From positions 1-64,000 of the IMG/VR virus record IMGVR_UViG_3300020474_002475: DNA of 64,000 bases; one strand, written 5' to 3'. The notes beneath the pieces are model-generated. The model did not search any database, was not told where the DNA came from, and worked only from the letters and a program-made list of their open reading frames with translations. Positions 26,804 to 35,176 of the stretch are shown piece by piece (within the stretch, counting starts at the first letter, position 1; each line of letters begins with the position of its first letter). The position numbers were made by a program, and so were the translations under genes. The DNA is from a virus.

Positions 26804-27529
26804 ATGACAAACTATAAGTGCTCTTTATTTTGTGTTTATGTTAATGAAGATGAATTTATTCGTGAATATCTACACGATTGTGTAAATCAGTCTATATTCC
26901 AAGATATAGAATTTGTATTTTTAGACTGTAACGGTACAGGAAATGATAGCTTTATTTTACAAGAGTATAGTAAGCTTTTTCCTAATATTAAATATCATAG
27001 AGTAGATGAAGATCCTGGTCTTTATGCTGGCTGGAACATTGCAATAGACCTTTGTTCTGCTCCTATTATAGGTAATTGGAACATAGACGATAGAAAAAAT
27101 AATGAAGGTACAGAAATTTTATTAAAGCAGTTTGAAAAAAATGCCGATTTAGATGTAGCGTATGGTATAACTTATGTTAGCAAAAAGATGAATGAGAGGT
27201 ATGTCGATAGTGACTTTACGAATGTCTACCCTTGTCTTCCGCATTCTACCGAAAACTTATTTAAAAATAACAGTCCTCATTGTATGCCCTTATGGAAGAA
27301 AAGTTTGCATGAAAGATTTGGTTATTTTGACGAAAATTACAAAACAGCATCTGATGGAGATTTTTGGTTGCGTTGTGCCATTGGGGGTGCTATAATGGAA
27401 ATGGTTAATCATCCTGTGGGTTTGTATTTTGAAAATCCTAAAGGTCGATCAACTAATCCTGAAACTCTTCAGGAAATGATAGATGAAGTTAATACTATGA
27501 GAAAAAAACACTTGGAAAGTTTAAAATAA
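26804..27529 (+). CDS. GT2 family glycosyltransferase
   Basis: GLYAGWNIAI...NWNIDD...FGYFDENYKTASDGDFWLR. Confidence 0.85.
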   Translation: MTNYKCSLFCVYVNEDEFIREYLHDCVNQSIFQDIEFVFLDCNGTGNDSFILQEYSKLFPNIKYHRVDEDPGLYAGWNIAIDLCSAPIIGNWNIDDRKNNEGTEILLKQFEKNADLDVAYGITYVSKKMNERYVDSDFTNVYPCLPHSTENLFKNNSPHCMPLWKKSLHERFGYFDENYKTASDGDFWLRCAIGGAIMEMVNHPVGLYFENPKGRSTNPETLQEMIDEVNTMRKKHLESLK

Positions 27530-27666
27530 TGTACGGAATACTATTCTTGTTTTTGTGCGCTTGTGGACTGATACAAGCATTTGGTAAAAACAATTATGTT
27601 ATTTATTCAGGGAAAAGACCAAAGAACAAAGCCCACGACCACTATGTATTTTTTATAGATAATTAA
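27529..27666 (+). CDS. Small membrane/secreted peptide (45 aa; not in the ORF track)
   Basis: MYGILFLFLCACGLIQAFGK...; TAATG overlap with the previous gene and fills the gap. Confidence 0.5.
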   Translation: MYGILFLFLCACGLIQAFGKNNYVIYSGKRPKNKAHDHYVFFIDN

Positions 27667-27671
27667 TTAAT

Positions 27672-28325
27672 ATGTTAAAAGATTTATTAATACCTTATAA
27701 AATTTTTGATAAGATTAGGCTTGGAAGTCCTCAAGATGGGGGATATGTTGTTTCTTCACAGAATTTAAGGTCGAACAGATTAGTGTCTGTAGGATGCGAT
27801 AATCAAACATCTTTTGAAGAACATTTTTTAAACATAAATCCTCATAGCGTTGTAGACATCTATGACAAGAATGATGTATGTGATTTTGCAAGTAGACATC
27901 CAAACGTTAACTTTTATAATATAGAGGTCAATAATTTTGAACAGCTAAGTATTGACTCAAACTGTATAGTACAAATGGACATTGAAGGATCTGAATACGA
28001 TGTATTTTCTAACTATAATGGAAATTTTGAACATATTCAACAACTCATAATAGAGTTTCATTTCAAATTTAAAGGCGATTCATCGGGCTGGGAAAATGTA
28101 TTAAAAAAGATTAACGAGAGTTTTTATCTTGTTCACGTACACGGTAACAATTGTGCGCCAATAACAGAATACAATCCTGTGCCCGATGTAATCGAATGTA
28201 CATATATAAATAAAAATCATTTAACCCACACAATGGACAAAGAAGATGTAGCATATCCATTGCAAAATTTAGATAAGACCAATTGTAGCAATAAGGATGA
28301 CTTTGTATTGAGCTGGTGGTTATGA
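27672..28325 (+). CDS. FkbM/Methyltransf_22-like methyltransferase
   Basis: RLGSPQDGGYVV...QMDIEGSEY...QLIIEFH...VHVHGNN. Confidence 0.8.
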   Translation: MLKDLLIPYKIFDKIRLGSPQDGGYVVSSQNLRSNRLVSVGCDNQTSFEEHFLNINPHSVVDIYDKNDVCDFASRHPNVNFYNIEVNNFEQLSIDSNCIVQMDIEGSEYDVFSNYNGNFEHIQQLIIEFHFKFKGDSSGWENVLKKINESFYLVHVHGNNCAPITEYNPVPDVIECTYINKNHLTHTMDKEDVAYPLQNLDKTNCSNKDDFVLSWWL

Positions 28326-28852
28326 ATAGATTAAAAAATCAAAGAGCATATTTAGCTGGCGCTATGGACCGCGTTGCAGACAGGGGTAAAGGATGGAGAC
28401 AAAATATTACTCCGTTTTTAGAATCTTTAGGTATAATAGTCTTCAACCCTATCACTAAACCAACAGATATAGGTTTAGAAGATAATGATAGTCATTTAGT
28501 AAAAACTAAACTAAAAAGCGGCAGAAGATATGACGAACTAAGTTCTATGATGAAAGTCATTAGATCTGTAGACTTGAGATTAGTCGATATTAGCGATTTT
28601 TTAATAGTCAATTTAGATCTAGATATTCATCCTTGTGGAACTTACGAAGAAATTTTTTGGGCTAACAGACAAAAGAAGCCTATTATTATACATATGGTTC
28701 AAGGTAAAGAACATACTCCGGATTGGCTTTTCGGTACCGTTCCTCATCAAATGATATACTCAGATTGGAATGACATCTATGGATACCTACAACATATAAA
28801 CAATTCAGAAAGCATTAACACCTACAACAGATGGTACTTTTTTAGCATATGA
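28322..28852 (+). CDS. Nucleoside 2-deoxyribosyltransferase-like protein
   Basis: AYLAGAMD...WR...VFNP...DLRLVDISDFLIV...GTYEEIFWA...KKP. Confidence 0.75.
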   Translation: MNRLKNQRAYLAGAMDRVADRGKGWRQNITPFLESLGIIVFNPITKPTDIGLEDNDSHLVKTKLKSGRRYDELSSMMKVIRSVDLRLVDISDFLIVNLDLDIHPCGTYEEIFWANRQKKPIIIHMVQGKEHTPDWLFGTVPHQMIYSDWNDIYGYLQHINNSESINTYNRWYFFSI

Positions 28853-29910
28853 AAAAATTAAATATAAATTGCCCAATAAATAAAACAGGTTATGGCATTG
28901 CCAGCTTAAACATAGTTAAAGAACTTAATAAATTATATGATCTTTATTATTTCTCTCAGGGAGGTATCGCAGTAGAAACTCAAGAAGATTATGATATTAT
29001 TAAAGAAGTTTTAGAAAAACAAGTTAATTTCGATTGCAGTGCTAATTTTTTAAAAATCTGGCATCAATTTGATCTAGCAACTAGAATAGGCAATAGTAAA
29101 TCTGAATATAATGCTTTATCTTTTTTTGAATTAGACACCCTAAACGATCTTGAGAAAACACATATAAATTGTGTTGATCAAATGTTCGTAACCTCTAAAT
29201 GGGCAAAAGACGTATTAATCAATAATGATATAAAAACCAAAATTAATGTCGTGCCTCTAGGTGTTGATACCAATATTTTTGATTATAAAAAATATCCTAA
29301 ACCACAAAATGAGAAATATGTATTTTTAAATCTTGGCAAATGGGAGATTAGAAAAGGGCACGATATACTTTTAGATATTTTTGAAAAAGCTTTTCCTGAT
29401 AATACAACAGAGTTATGGTTAATGAGTGCCGAGCATACTAATAATTATTCTCAAAAAGAAGAAATACAAAAATGGCATCAAATGTATGATAAGCCAAATA
29501 TTAAAATAATTCCAGCCGTGAAAGATCATGCTGCTGTAGCTGAACTTATTTCACAAGCAGATTGTTGTATATTCCCCTCTAGAGCTGAAGGATGGAATAT
29601 GGAATTATTAGAATCTATGGCAATGAACAAACCCTCAATCGCCACTGATTATTCAGCACATACAGAATTTTGCACAAAAGACAACTGTTTTTTAGTACCT
29701 ATTGATAATATAGAACCAGCACATGATGGCAAGGCATTTCATGGGCAGGGGAATTGGGCCAAAATGGAAGATAAACAGCTAGATATGTGTATAGATTATA
29801 TGAGATACGTATGTGCTCAAAGAGTCACAGAAAATCCTGAAGGATTAAAAACTGCAGAAAAATTTAGTTGGTCAAATACTGCATCAATAATACAAAAATA
29901 TATAGAGTAA
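28849..29910 (+). CDS. GT4 family (GT-B) glycosyltransferase
   Basis: TGYG...VVPLGVD...GKWEIRKGHD...FPSRAEGWNMELLESMAM. Confidence 0.85.
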   Translation: MKKLNINCPINKTGYGIASLNIVKELNKLYDLYYFSQGGIAVETQEDYDIIKEVLEKQVNFDCSANFLKIWHQFDLATRIGNSKSEYNALSFFELDTLNDLEKTHINCVDQMFVTSKWAKDVLINNDIKTKINVVPLGVDTNIFDYKKYPKPQNEKYVFLNLGKWEIRKGHDILLDIFEKAFPDNTTELWLMSAEHTNNYSQKEEIQKWHQMYDKPNIKIIPAVKDHAAVAELISQADCCIFPSRAEGWNMELLESMAMNKPSIATDYSAHTEFCTKDNCFLVPIDNIEPAHDGKAFHGQGNWAKMEDKQLDMCIDYMRYVCAQRVTENPEGLKTAEKFSWSNTASIIQKYIE

Positions 29911-29915
29911 ATATT

Positions 29916-30434
29916 ATGCCTTTACCTAAACAAAAACCCGGTGAAAACAGACAGCAGTTTGTTTCTCGCTGTATGAGCGACCCAAAATCTAAAGAAGAGT
30001 TTAAAGACACAAAACAGCGCATTAGCTACTGTGTTAAAACTGCACGTGAAGACAGTAAGGGAACTTTAATTGAGCAGGTACATGACAATCTATTGGCCTC
30101 TAACTGCTCTTGGGATGATGAATGGGATGAGTTTGTCTGGGAAATAGAAGCTAAAGAAATATACGATGAAGAAGGCAAAGCTTTAGGTGCTGAATATCAA
30201 GGCCGTAAAGTAAGTTTAAACAAACCATTCAGGACTCCAGATGGTCCCAAAAAGTTTAGTGTTTATGTTAAAAATGAAAAAGGCAATGTTGTTAAAGTAA
30301 ATTTTGGTGACCCCAATATGGAAATAAAAAGAGACAACCCAGCTAGACGTAAAAGTTTTCGTGCTAGACATAAATGTGATACTAACCCCGGACCAAAATG
30401 GAAAGCCAGATATTGGTCTTGTAAAAAATGGTAA
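29916..30434 (+). CDS. Conserved phage protein with basic C-terminal domain
   Basis: MPLPK...FVSRCM; AEYQGRKVSLNKPFR...KKFSVYVKN...VNFGDPNM...RRKSFRARHKC...YWSC, a motif pattern I recognise from large phages. Confidence 0.7.
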   Translation: MPLPKQKPGENRQQFVSRCMSDPKSKEEFKDTKQRISYCVKTAREDSKGTLIEQVHDNLLASNCSWDDEWDEFVWEIEAKEIYDEEGKALGAEYQGRKVSLNKPFRTPDGPKKFSVYVKNEKGNVVKVNFGDPNMEIKRDNPARRKSFRARHKCDTNPGPKWKARYWSCKKW

Positions 30435-30453
30435 AAAATAACGGAGAAAAATA

Positions 30454-31062
30454 ATGAACTATAAACAAATTCTTGATGGCATTCAAAGACAACTGACTAA
30501 ATCTGTAACGCTACCACAGCCTAGTGTTGATGTAAAGCTTGAAAAAGAAGGAGATATACATAAGAAATCTCTGCAAGAGGGGTTGTCAGATGAAAAGTCA
30601 AAGAAAGAAGCTATGAAATCTGGTCAAGATAAAATTGAAGAATTGAGGCCAGATAATCCTAGCAAAGACGCTCCCATAAGTGGGGAGACAGAAGCGGATG
30701 AAAAAAATTTACAAGAATACAAAGAAGATTTTTTAGAAATGAATGTAGGTTCTTTAACCTCAATAGTTAGAAACGCTCAAGCCATTTTGGAATCCTTAGA
30801 AGAAGAACAAGTAAAAGACAACTTGACAGAAGGTTGGTTACAGGGTAAAATTGCTATTACAGAAGACTACATGACTACAATACATGATTTTGTAAAGTAT
30901 TCTCCTGATAATGACGATAAAGAAAATATGGCTCCTGCAAGTTTGTGGGAGAACATAAGAAAGAAAAAGCTTCGTGAAGGCAAGAATTATAAACCGGCAC
31001 AACCGGGAGATAAAGACAGGCCAACACCAGAAGCTTTAAAGAAAGCGCAAAAGAAAAAGTAA
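30454..31062 (+). CDS. Hypothetical phage protein
   Basis: GGAG RBS; EGWLQGKIAITEDYMTTIHDF; C-terminal LWENIRKK...PGDKDRP. Confidence 0.7.
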   Translation: MNYKQILDGIQRQLTKSVTLPQPSVDVKLEKEGDIHKKSLQEGLSDEKSKKEAMKSGQDKIEELRPDNPSKDAPISGETEADEKNLQEYKEDFLEMNVGSLTSIVRNAQAILESLEEEQVKDNLTEGWLQGKIAITEDYMTTIHDFVKYSPDNDDKENMAPASLWENIRKKKLREGKNYKPAQPGDKDRPTPEALKKAQKKK

Positions 31063-31097
31063 TATTTGATTTTAGGATTTAAACTTAAGGATTTACA

Positions 31098-31697
31098 ATG
31101 GAAAAAGAATTTGACTGTCTGTGTGACTATATATCTTTAGCTAAGAAAACTATTTCTAAGTTTGCACCCAAGTTTTATAAAAATTTGTCAACAGAAATGT
31201 TGCAAAGCGAGGATGCGATCTCTGATGTTGCTACTGCAATTATGTATGCTGATTGGAGATATGATGAAACTAGAACGGGCAAAACAGGATTAAAAAAGAC
31301 TCAATACTCATATAGAAATCAGTGTGCGATTTGGGCTATCAAAACCTACATTACACAAAAGTATAAAACAAAAAGCGTTAAGAAGAATGAGTATAGCTTA
31401 GATTATCAAAGTAATGATAAGTCTTTAAATGAGTTTATTCCTGACAGCAAAATAAAAACACCTTTAGAAAACGCTATAGAAAAAGAAGACCTACAATGTC
31501 TTTCTACAGACGTCAGGGCTCTTATAGACTCTCCTTATATTACGGAAAAACAAAGAGAGCAAATTATTTTATATTATTTTAAGGACCAAACATTGGCTCA
31601 AATAGGTAAAAAGTTTTCTATATCCAGAGAAGCAGTAAGACAAAATATTAAAAGAGCATTTGACTCTATTAGAAAATATGACTACAGTACAACTTAA
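31098..31697 (+). CDS. Phage sigma70-like RNA polymerase sigma factor
   Basis: Region 2-like ADWRYD...SYRNQCAIWAI; region 4 HTH TEKQREQIILYYFKDQTLAQIGKKFSISREAVRQNIKRA. Confidence 0.8.
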   Translation: MEKEFDCLCDYISLAKKTISKFAPKFYKNLSTEMLQSEDAISDVATAIMYADWRYDETRTGKTGLKKTQYSYRNQCAIWAIKTYITQKYKTKSVKKNEYSLDYQSNDKSLNEFIPDSKIKTPLENAIEKEDLQCLSTDVRALIDSPYITEKQREQIILYYFKDQTLAQIGKKFSISREAVRQNIKRAFDSIRKYDYSTT

Positions 31698-32028
31698 TTT
31701 ATATATATTTACATATAATATTAATAATAAAGATTTTGATGTAATTTCTTGTAAAGAAGATAGACTAGAAGTTCCACATATCAATTTCGAAAACAATACT
31801 TTAACACTAAGGCAACAACTAGACTCTTTGTTTGAAAACATTAGTATAGAGTATAAACCGGTTTATAGACTACTAAATAATATATATATTGATTCGCTTT
31901 TCCATTGTGTTTATTTTTGTGTAATTCCAAACTACATTCCAATTAAAGATACAGTTTTTAAGATACCAGTACAAAAATATGGAATTCATTCGCCAAATAT
32001 ACAACAGATTTTGCAAACTATTCGGTAG
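31678..32028 (+). CDS. Hypothetical protein
   Basis: ORF in an overlapping gene chain. Confidence 0.55.
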   Translation: MTTVQLNLYIFTYNINNKDFDVISCKEDRLEVPHINFENNTLTLRQQLDSLFENISIEYKPVYRLLNNIYIDSLFHCVYFCVIPNYIPIKDTVFKIPVQKYGIHSPNIQQILQTIR

Positions 32029-32362
32029 ACGAGCAAAAAATGAGAGTGATGAACCTAATATAATTTTTTCGATCGACATAGACGATGAATATGTTAGACA
32101 TATTAATGTATACATACCAGAGGATATTGATATAGACAAAATAACAGAATTAGCTAATGCGTATAGCGAAAGTCTTTTGGATATGCGTTCAGGTAAAGTG
32201 GTACAACAATTATTGTATGCTTTAGAATCGTCTATCGATAAAACAAATCCCAACGAGGTTTTATTATTCGAAAATATATTATCTTTATTTGTTCAAAGCT
32301 CTCAAATCAGATCGGACTCAACAGACCCTATGATAGAACCTTTATCGGTTTTTAAAAAATGA
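31979..32362 (+). CDS. Hypothetical protein
   Basis: 127-aa ORF with ATGA overlap to the next gene. Confidence 0.6.
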   Translation: MEFIRQIYNRFCKLFGRRAKNESDEPNIIFSIDIDDEYVRHINVYIPEDIDIDKITELANAYSESLLDMRSGKVVQQLLYALESSIDKTNPNEVLLFENILSLFVQSSQIRSDSTDPMIEPLSVFKK

Positions 32363-32811
32363 ATAAGGATGTTCAAATAGTGTGGGAAAAATGGTACTGT
32401 CCTTTTGGTCAAGATGATCCAGAGGCTGAATCTTTGTTGGATAGTGCTGCCTTAAATGAATTATTAGAAGAAATAGATGAAGAGAATAGTGAGGAAGCTG
32501 AAACATTATTACCTCCAATCGATCTTGATCAAAAGTTATCCAAACAATTTGGCGGACAAAAATTCATGATCACTCCGATGGGGGTTATGCCAATAACGGA
32601 TAATACAATTAGTACGAAAATTTTTAATTTTTGGACTGGACATACAAATTTTAATATTTCAACTTCTGTTGCCGATACTATACAAAGGTGCGACGGTGTT
32701 GAATCCTTAGATGTTTTTACTAGATATAGATTTAGAATTAGCATAGGCAAAGTGTTTAAAGAATCAGATGTAATGCACACCATAAATCAAAAAGTATACG
32801 AGTCATTATGA
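32359..32811 (+). CDS. Conserved hypothetical phage protein
   Basis: WEKW.CPFG...TPMG...FNFWTGHTNFNI...GVESLDVFTRYRFRISIGKVF. Confidence 0.7.
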   Translation: MNKDVQIVWEKWYCPFGQDDPEAESLLDSAALNELLEEIDEENSEEAETLLPPIDLDQKLSKQFGGQKFMITPMGVMPITDNTISTKIFNFWTGHTNFNISTSVADTIQRCDGVESLDVFTRYRFRISIGKVFKESDVMHTINQKVYESL

Positions 32812-33452
32812 TAAATAGCCAAGGCGACATAATCAACGACCTGCATAATAATTGCATAGATTTTAAATCAAGAGAGATATATCTTCATAATTATTTTGGT
32901 TCAGCAGATACGGAGAATCCTGGTGTTGAATATAAAATGTCTAATATTTTCTTAAAAAACTTAAGAGTATTAGAACTAAAAAGTCAAGATCCTATTATTA
33001 TACATATGAACAGTATTGGCGGAGAATGGACTGATGGTATGGCAATATTTGATGCTATTAGAATGTGTAATTCTTATGTGACTATAATATCTTACGGACA
33101 GGTAGAATCCATGAGCAGTATTATATTACAAGCCGCAGACTATAGGCTCATAACTACAAATTCTTATTTTATGTGTCACTACGGCAGTTCTGGTATAATA
33201 AGTGATTACTTGAGCGCACAAAATTGGATTCATTATGAAAAATATATATGTGATACTATGTTAGGTATATATTCTAATAAATGTTTTAAAGGACAATTTT
33301 TTAAAGAAAAATATGTTAAACCTGATGAAGTAAAAGTAAAAAACTTTTTATCTAAAAAGCTTAAAGATGGTGATTGGTATATGACTGCTGAACAGTGTGT
33401 GTATTACGGTTTTGCAGATAAGATAATTAAAGATTGGAAACAATTGACATAG
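32808..33452 (+). CDS. clpP: ClpP-like ATP-dependent protease proteolytic subunit
   Basis: REIYL...MNSIGG...GMAIFD...GQVESMSSIILQA (Ser)...FMCH (His)...DWYMTAEQCVYYGFADKI. Confidence 0.85.
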   Translation: MINSQGDIINDLHNNCIDFKSREIYLHNYFGSADTENPGVEYKMSNIFLKNLRVLELKSQDPIIIHMNSIGGEWTDGMAIFDAIRMCNSYVTIISYGQVESMSSIILQAADYRLITTNSYFMCHYGSSGIISDYLSAQNWIHYEKYICDTMLGIYSNKCFKGQFFKEKYVKPDEVKVKNFLSKKLKDGDWYMTAEQCVYYGFADKIIKDWKQLT

Positions 33453-33515
33453 ACGCAATATTATTTAGTGTATAGTAATATGAATATTAAATATTATAAA
33501 CACAGAGTTTGCAGT

Positions 33516-34157
33516 ATGTTAATTGAATTACAAATAGTAGACGAAACACTGTCCAACAAAGATATAAGACCTTTTATAGATCAAATCAATACTAAAAATA
33601 TTTCTAAAGTATGTGTATTGCCTTGTCATTTACCTGTATTTAAAAAATATCTTAGCGACAAAATAAAATTATCTACAATCATAGATTTTCCATTTGGTAT
33701 ATTGTCTACGGACAGTAGACAGTCTTTGATTAAAAACGCTATTAAAAATGGAGCTAAAAGCATAGAGGTTATATGCCCTTCATATATGATAGTAAATAAA
33801 TTATATACCCAATTAAAAAATGACATATCAACAATTTATGATATATGCTCTGAAAGCAAAGTAGACATTTCTTATGTGCTAGAGTATAGAACTTACACAT
33901 ACGATTCTCTGTATAAAATATCTAAAATTTTATTAGGTAGCAACATTAATTCTATTTATATTTCTACTGGATACAAATTAGATGATATTTATGACCATTT
34001 AATTGCTATGACAATGATCCAAAAAAAGCTGCCAGATATGAATATTGTTGTTAATGGCAATGCTTTTAACAGTAATCACCGAAATGTAATAAAAATGGCT
34101 GATTTGCCCATTGTTCGGGTGAATTCCCTTAATGCTGTTAATTTATTCTTAAATTAG
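33516..34157 (+). CDS. Deoxyribose-phosphate aldolase (DeoC)-like protein lacking catalytic lysines
   Basis: VCVLP, STIIDFPFG, AIKNGAKSIEV, YVLE, IYISTGY match the DeoC layout, but KTSTG appears as ISTG. Confidence 0.65.
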   Translation: MLIELQIVDETLSNKDIRPFIDQINTKNISKVCVLPCHLPVFKKYLSDKIKLSTIIDFPFGILSTDSRQSLIKNAIKNGAKSIEVICPSYMIVNKLYTQLKNDISTIYDICSESKVDISYVLEYRTYTYDSLYKISKILLGSNINSIYISTGYKLDDIYDHLIAMTMIQKKLPDMNIVVNGNAFNSNHRNVIKMADLPIVRVNSLNAVNLFLN

Positions 34158-34229
34158 CGTATTTTTGGGGTATTATACTACATAACGTTATTGTAAGATG
34201 TAAATTTACACACTCCATGGAGAAATCGA

Positions 34230-34754
34230 ATGTCAACACAAACAGCTAAAGGTAGCGGATCTACGGTCAACAATGGTGGCACTGTTGTTGCTGGAGGTAC
34301 AGCTTCCAAACTAACTAAAGTTATTCACGGACAAGAAGTATTCCGTAGCACAAAACCCCAAGTAGCCTCAGCCGATTTGCAAAAATCAATTAGTGCTGGC
34401 ACTTTTGCTTTTGACGATGCTGGAACTGGTATTGTTGCTAAAAAAGTTAATACCACTCTTTCTGGTGCTGCTAATACCTTCTTAAGGTCCGGAGCAGCTA
34501 CAACTGCTGATGGTCCTATTAGAGCTAAGGTTCACAAGATTGAAGGCTTAACAACCAGCAAAATTACTACTTCTCTTAGAAATGGCGAGTATAACCACGT
34601 ATCTGGAGTTTTTGATGGTGGCAAGCCAGCTTCTTCAGTAGATAGTTTTGGTACAGATGATGCAGTCACTTCAAACGAATTACAGTACATGTACGGTAAT
34701 CCTGTTCCTGCAAGTGGTGCATACGGTGCTGATAACACCACAAGTCTTGTTTAG
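34230..34754 (+). CDS. Gly/Thr/Ala-rich putative virion structural protein
   Basis: GGAG RBS, composition typical of virion proteins, followed by a terminator hairpin. Confidence 0.65.
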   Translation: MSTQTAKGSGSTVNNGGTVVAGGTASKLTKVIHGQEVFRSTKPQVASADLQKSISAGTFAFDDAGTGIVAKKVNTTLSGAANTFLRSGAATTADGPIRAKVHKIEGLTTSKITTSLRNGEYNHVSGVFDGGKPASSVDSFGTDDAVTSNELQYMYGNPVPASGAYGADNTTSLV

Positions 34755-34782
34755 TTTTTAATATTTATAAGTTTTATTCGAG

Positions 34783-34823
34783 TAGGCCAGTAATAGTGTA
34801 TACATTATTGCTGGCTTATTTTA
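34783..34823 (+). terminator. Putative intrinsic terminator hairpin
   Basis: taggccagtaatagtg-tata-cattattgctggctta forms a ~16-bp stem with G.U pairs, followed by tttta. Confidence 0.65.
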
Positions 34824-34842
34824 TATCTTGGAGATTATAACC

Positions 34843-35175
34843 ATGGCAGATCCAGATACATTAGGACATTTTTTTGAAAACTTTACAACATCTATACTTA
34901 GCATACTTATTGCTCTTGTAGGATTTTGGACAACTTTTATTAAAAACCTAGTAAACAGAAAAGATGTTGAAGAAATGCTTGCTGCTCAATCACAAGCAAG
35001 TCAATATGCTAAAGATAGACAGTTCATAATGGAACGATTAAACACACATAAAGAAGATACTAATATTTTATTTAGAGCATTAGAAAAAAACACAGAAGTT
35101 ATGCAAGAACTTCGTATACAAATGGCCACATTAACTAATACGTTAGAGTCTTTAGAGAAAAGAATAGAGGAATAA
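34843..35175 (+). CDS. Single-TM coiled-coil protein (holin-like topology)
   Basis: Hydrophobic TSILSILIALVGFWTTFI followed by a heptad-rich C-terminus; GGAG RBS. Confidence 0.6.
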   Translation: MADPDTLGHFFENFTTSILSILIALVGFWTTFIKNLVNRKDVEEMLAAQSQASQYAKDRQFIMERLNTHKEDTNILFRALEKNTEVMQELRIQMATLTNTLESLEKRIEE

Positions 35176-35176
35176 T

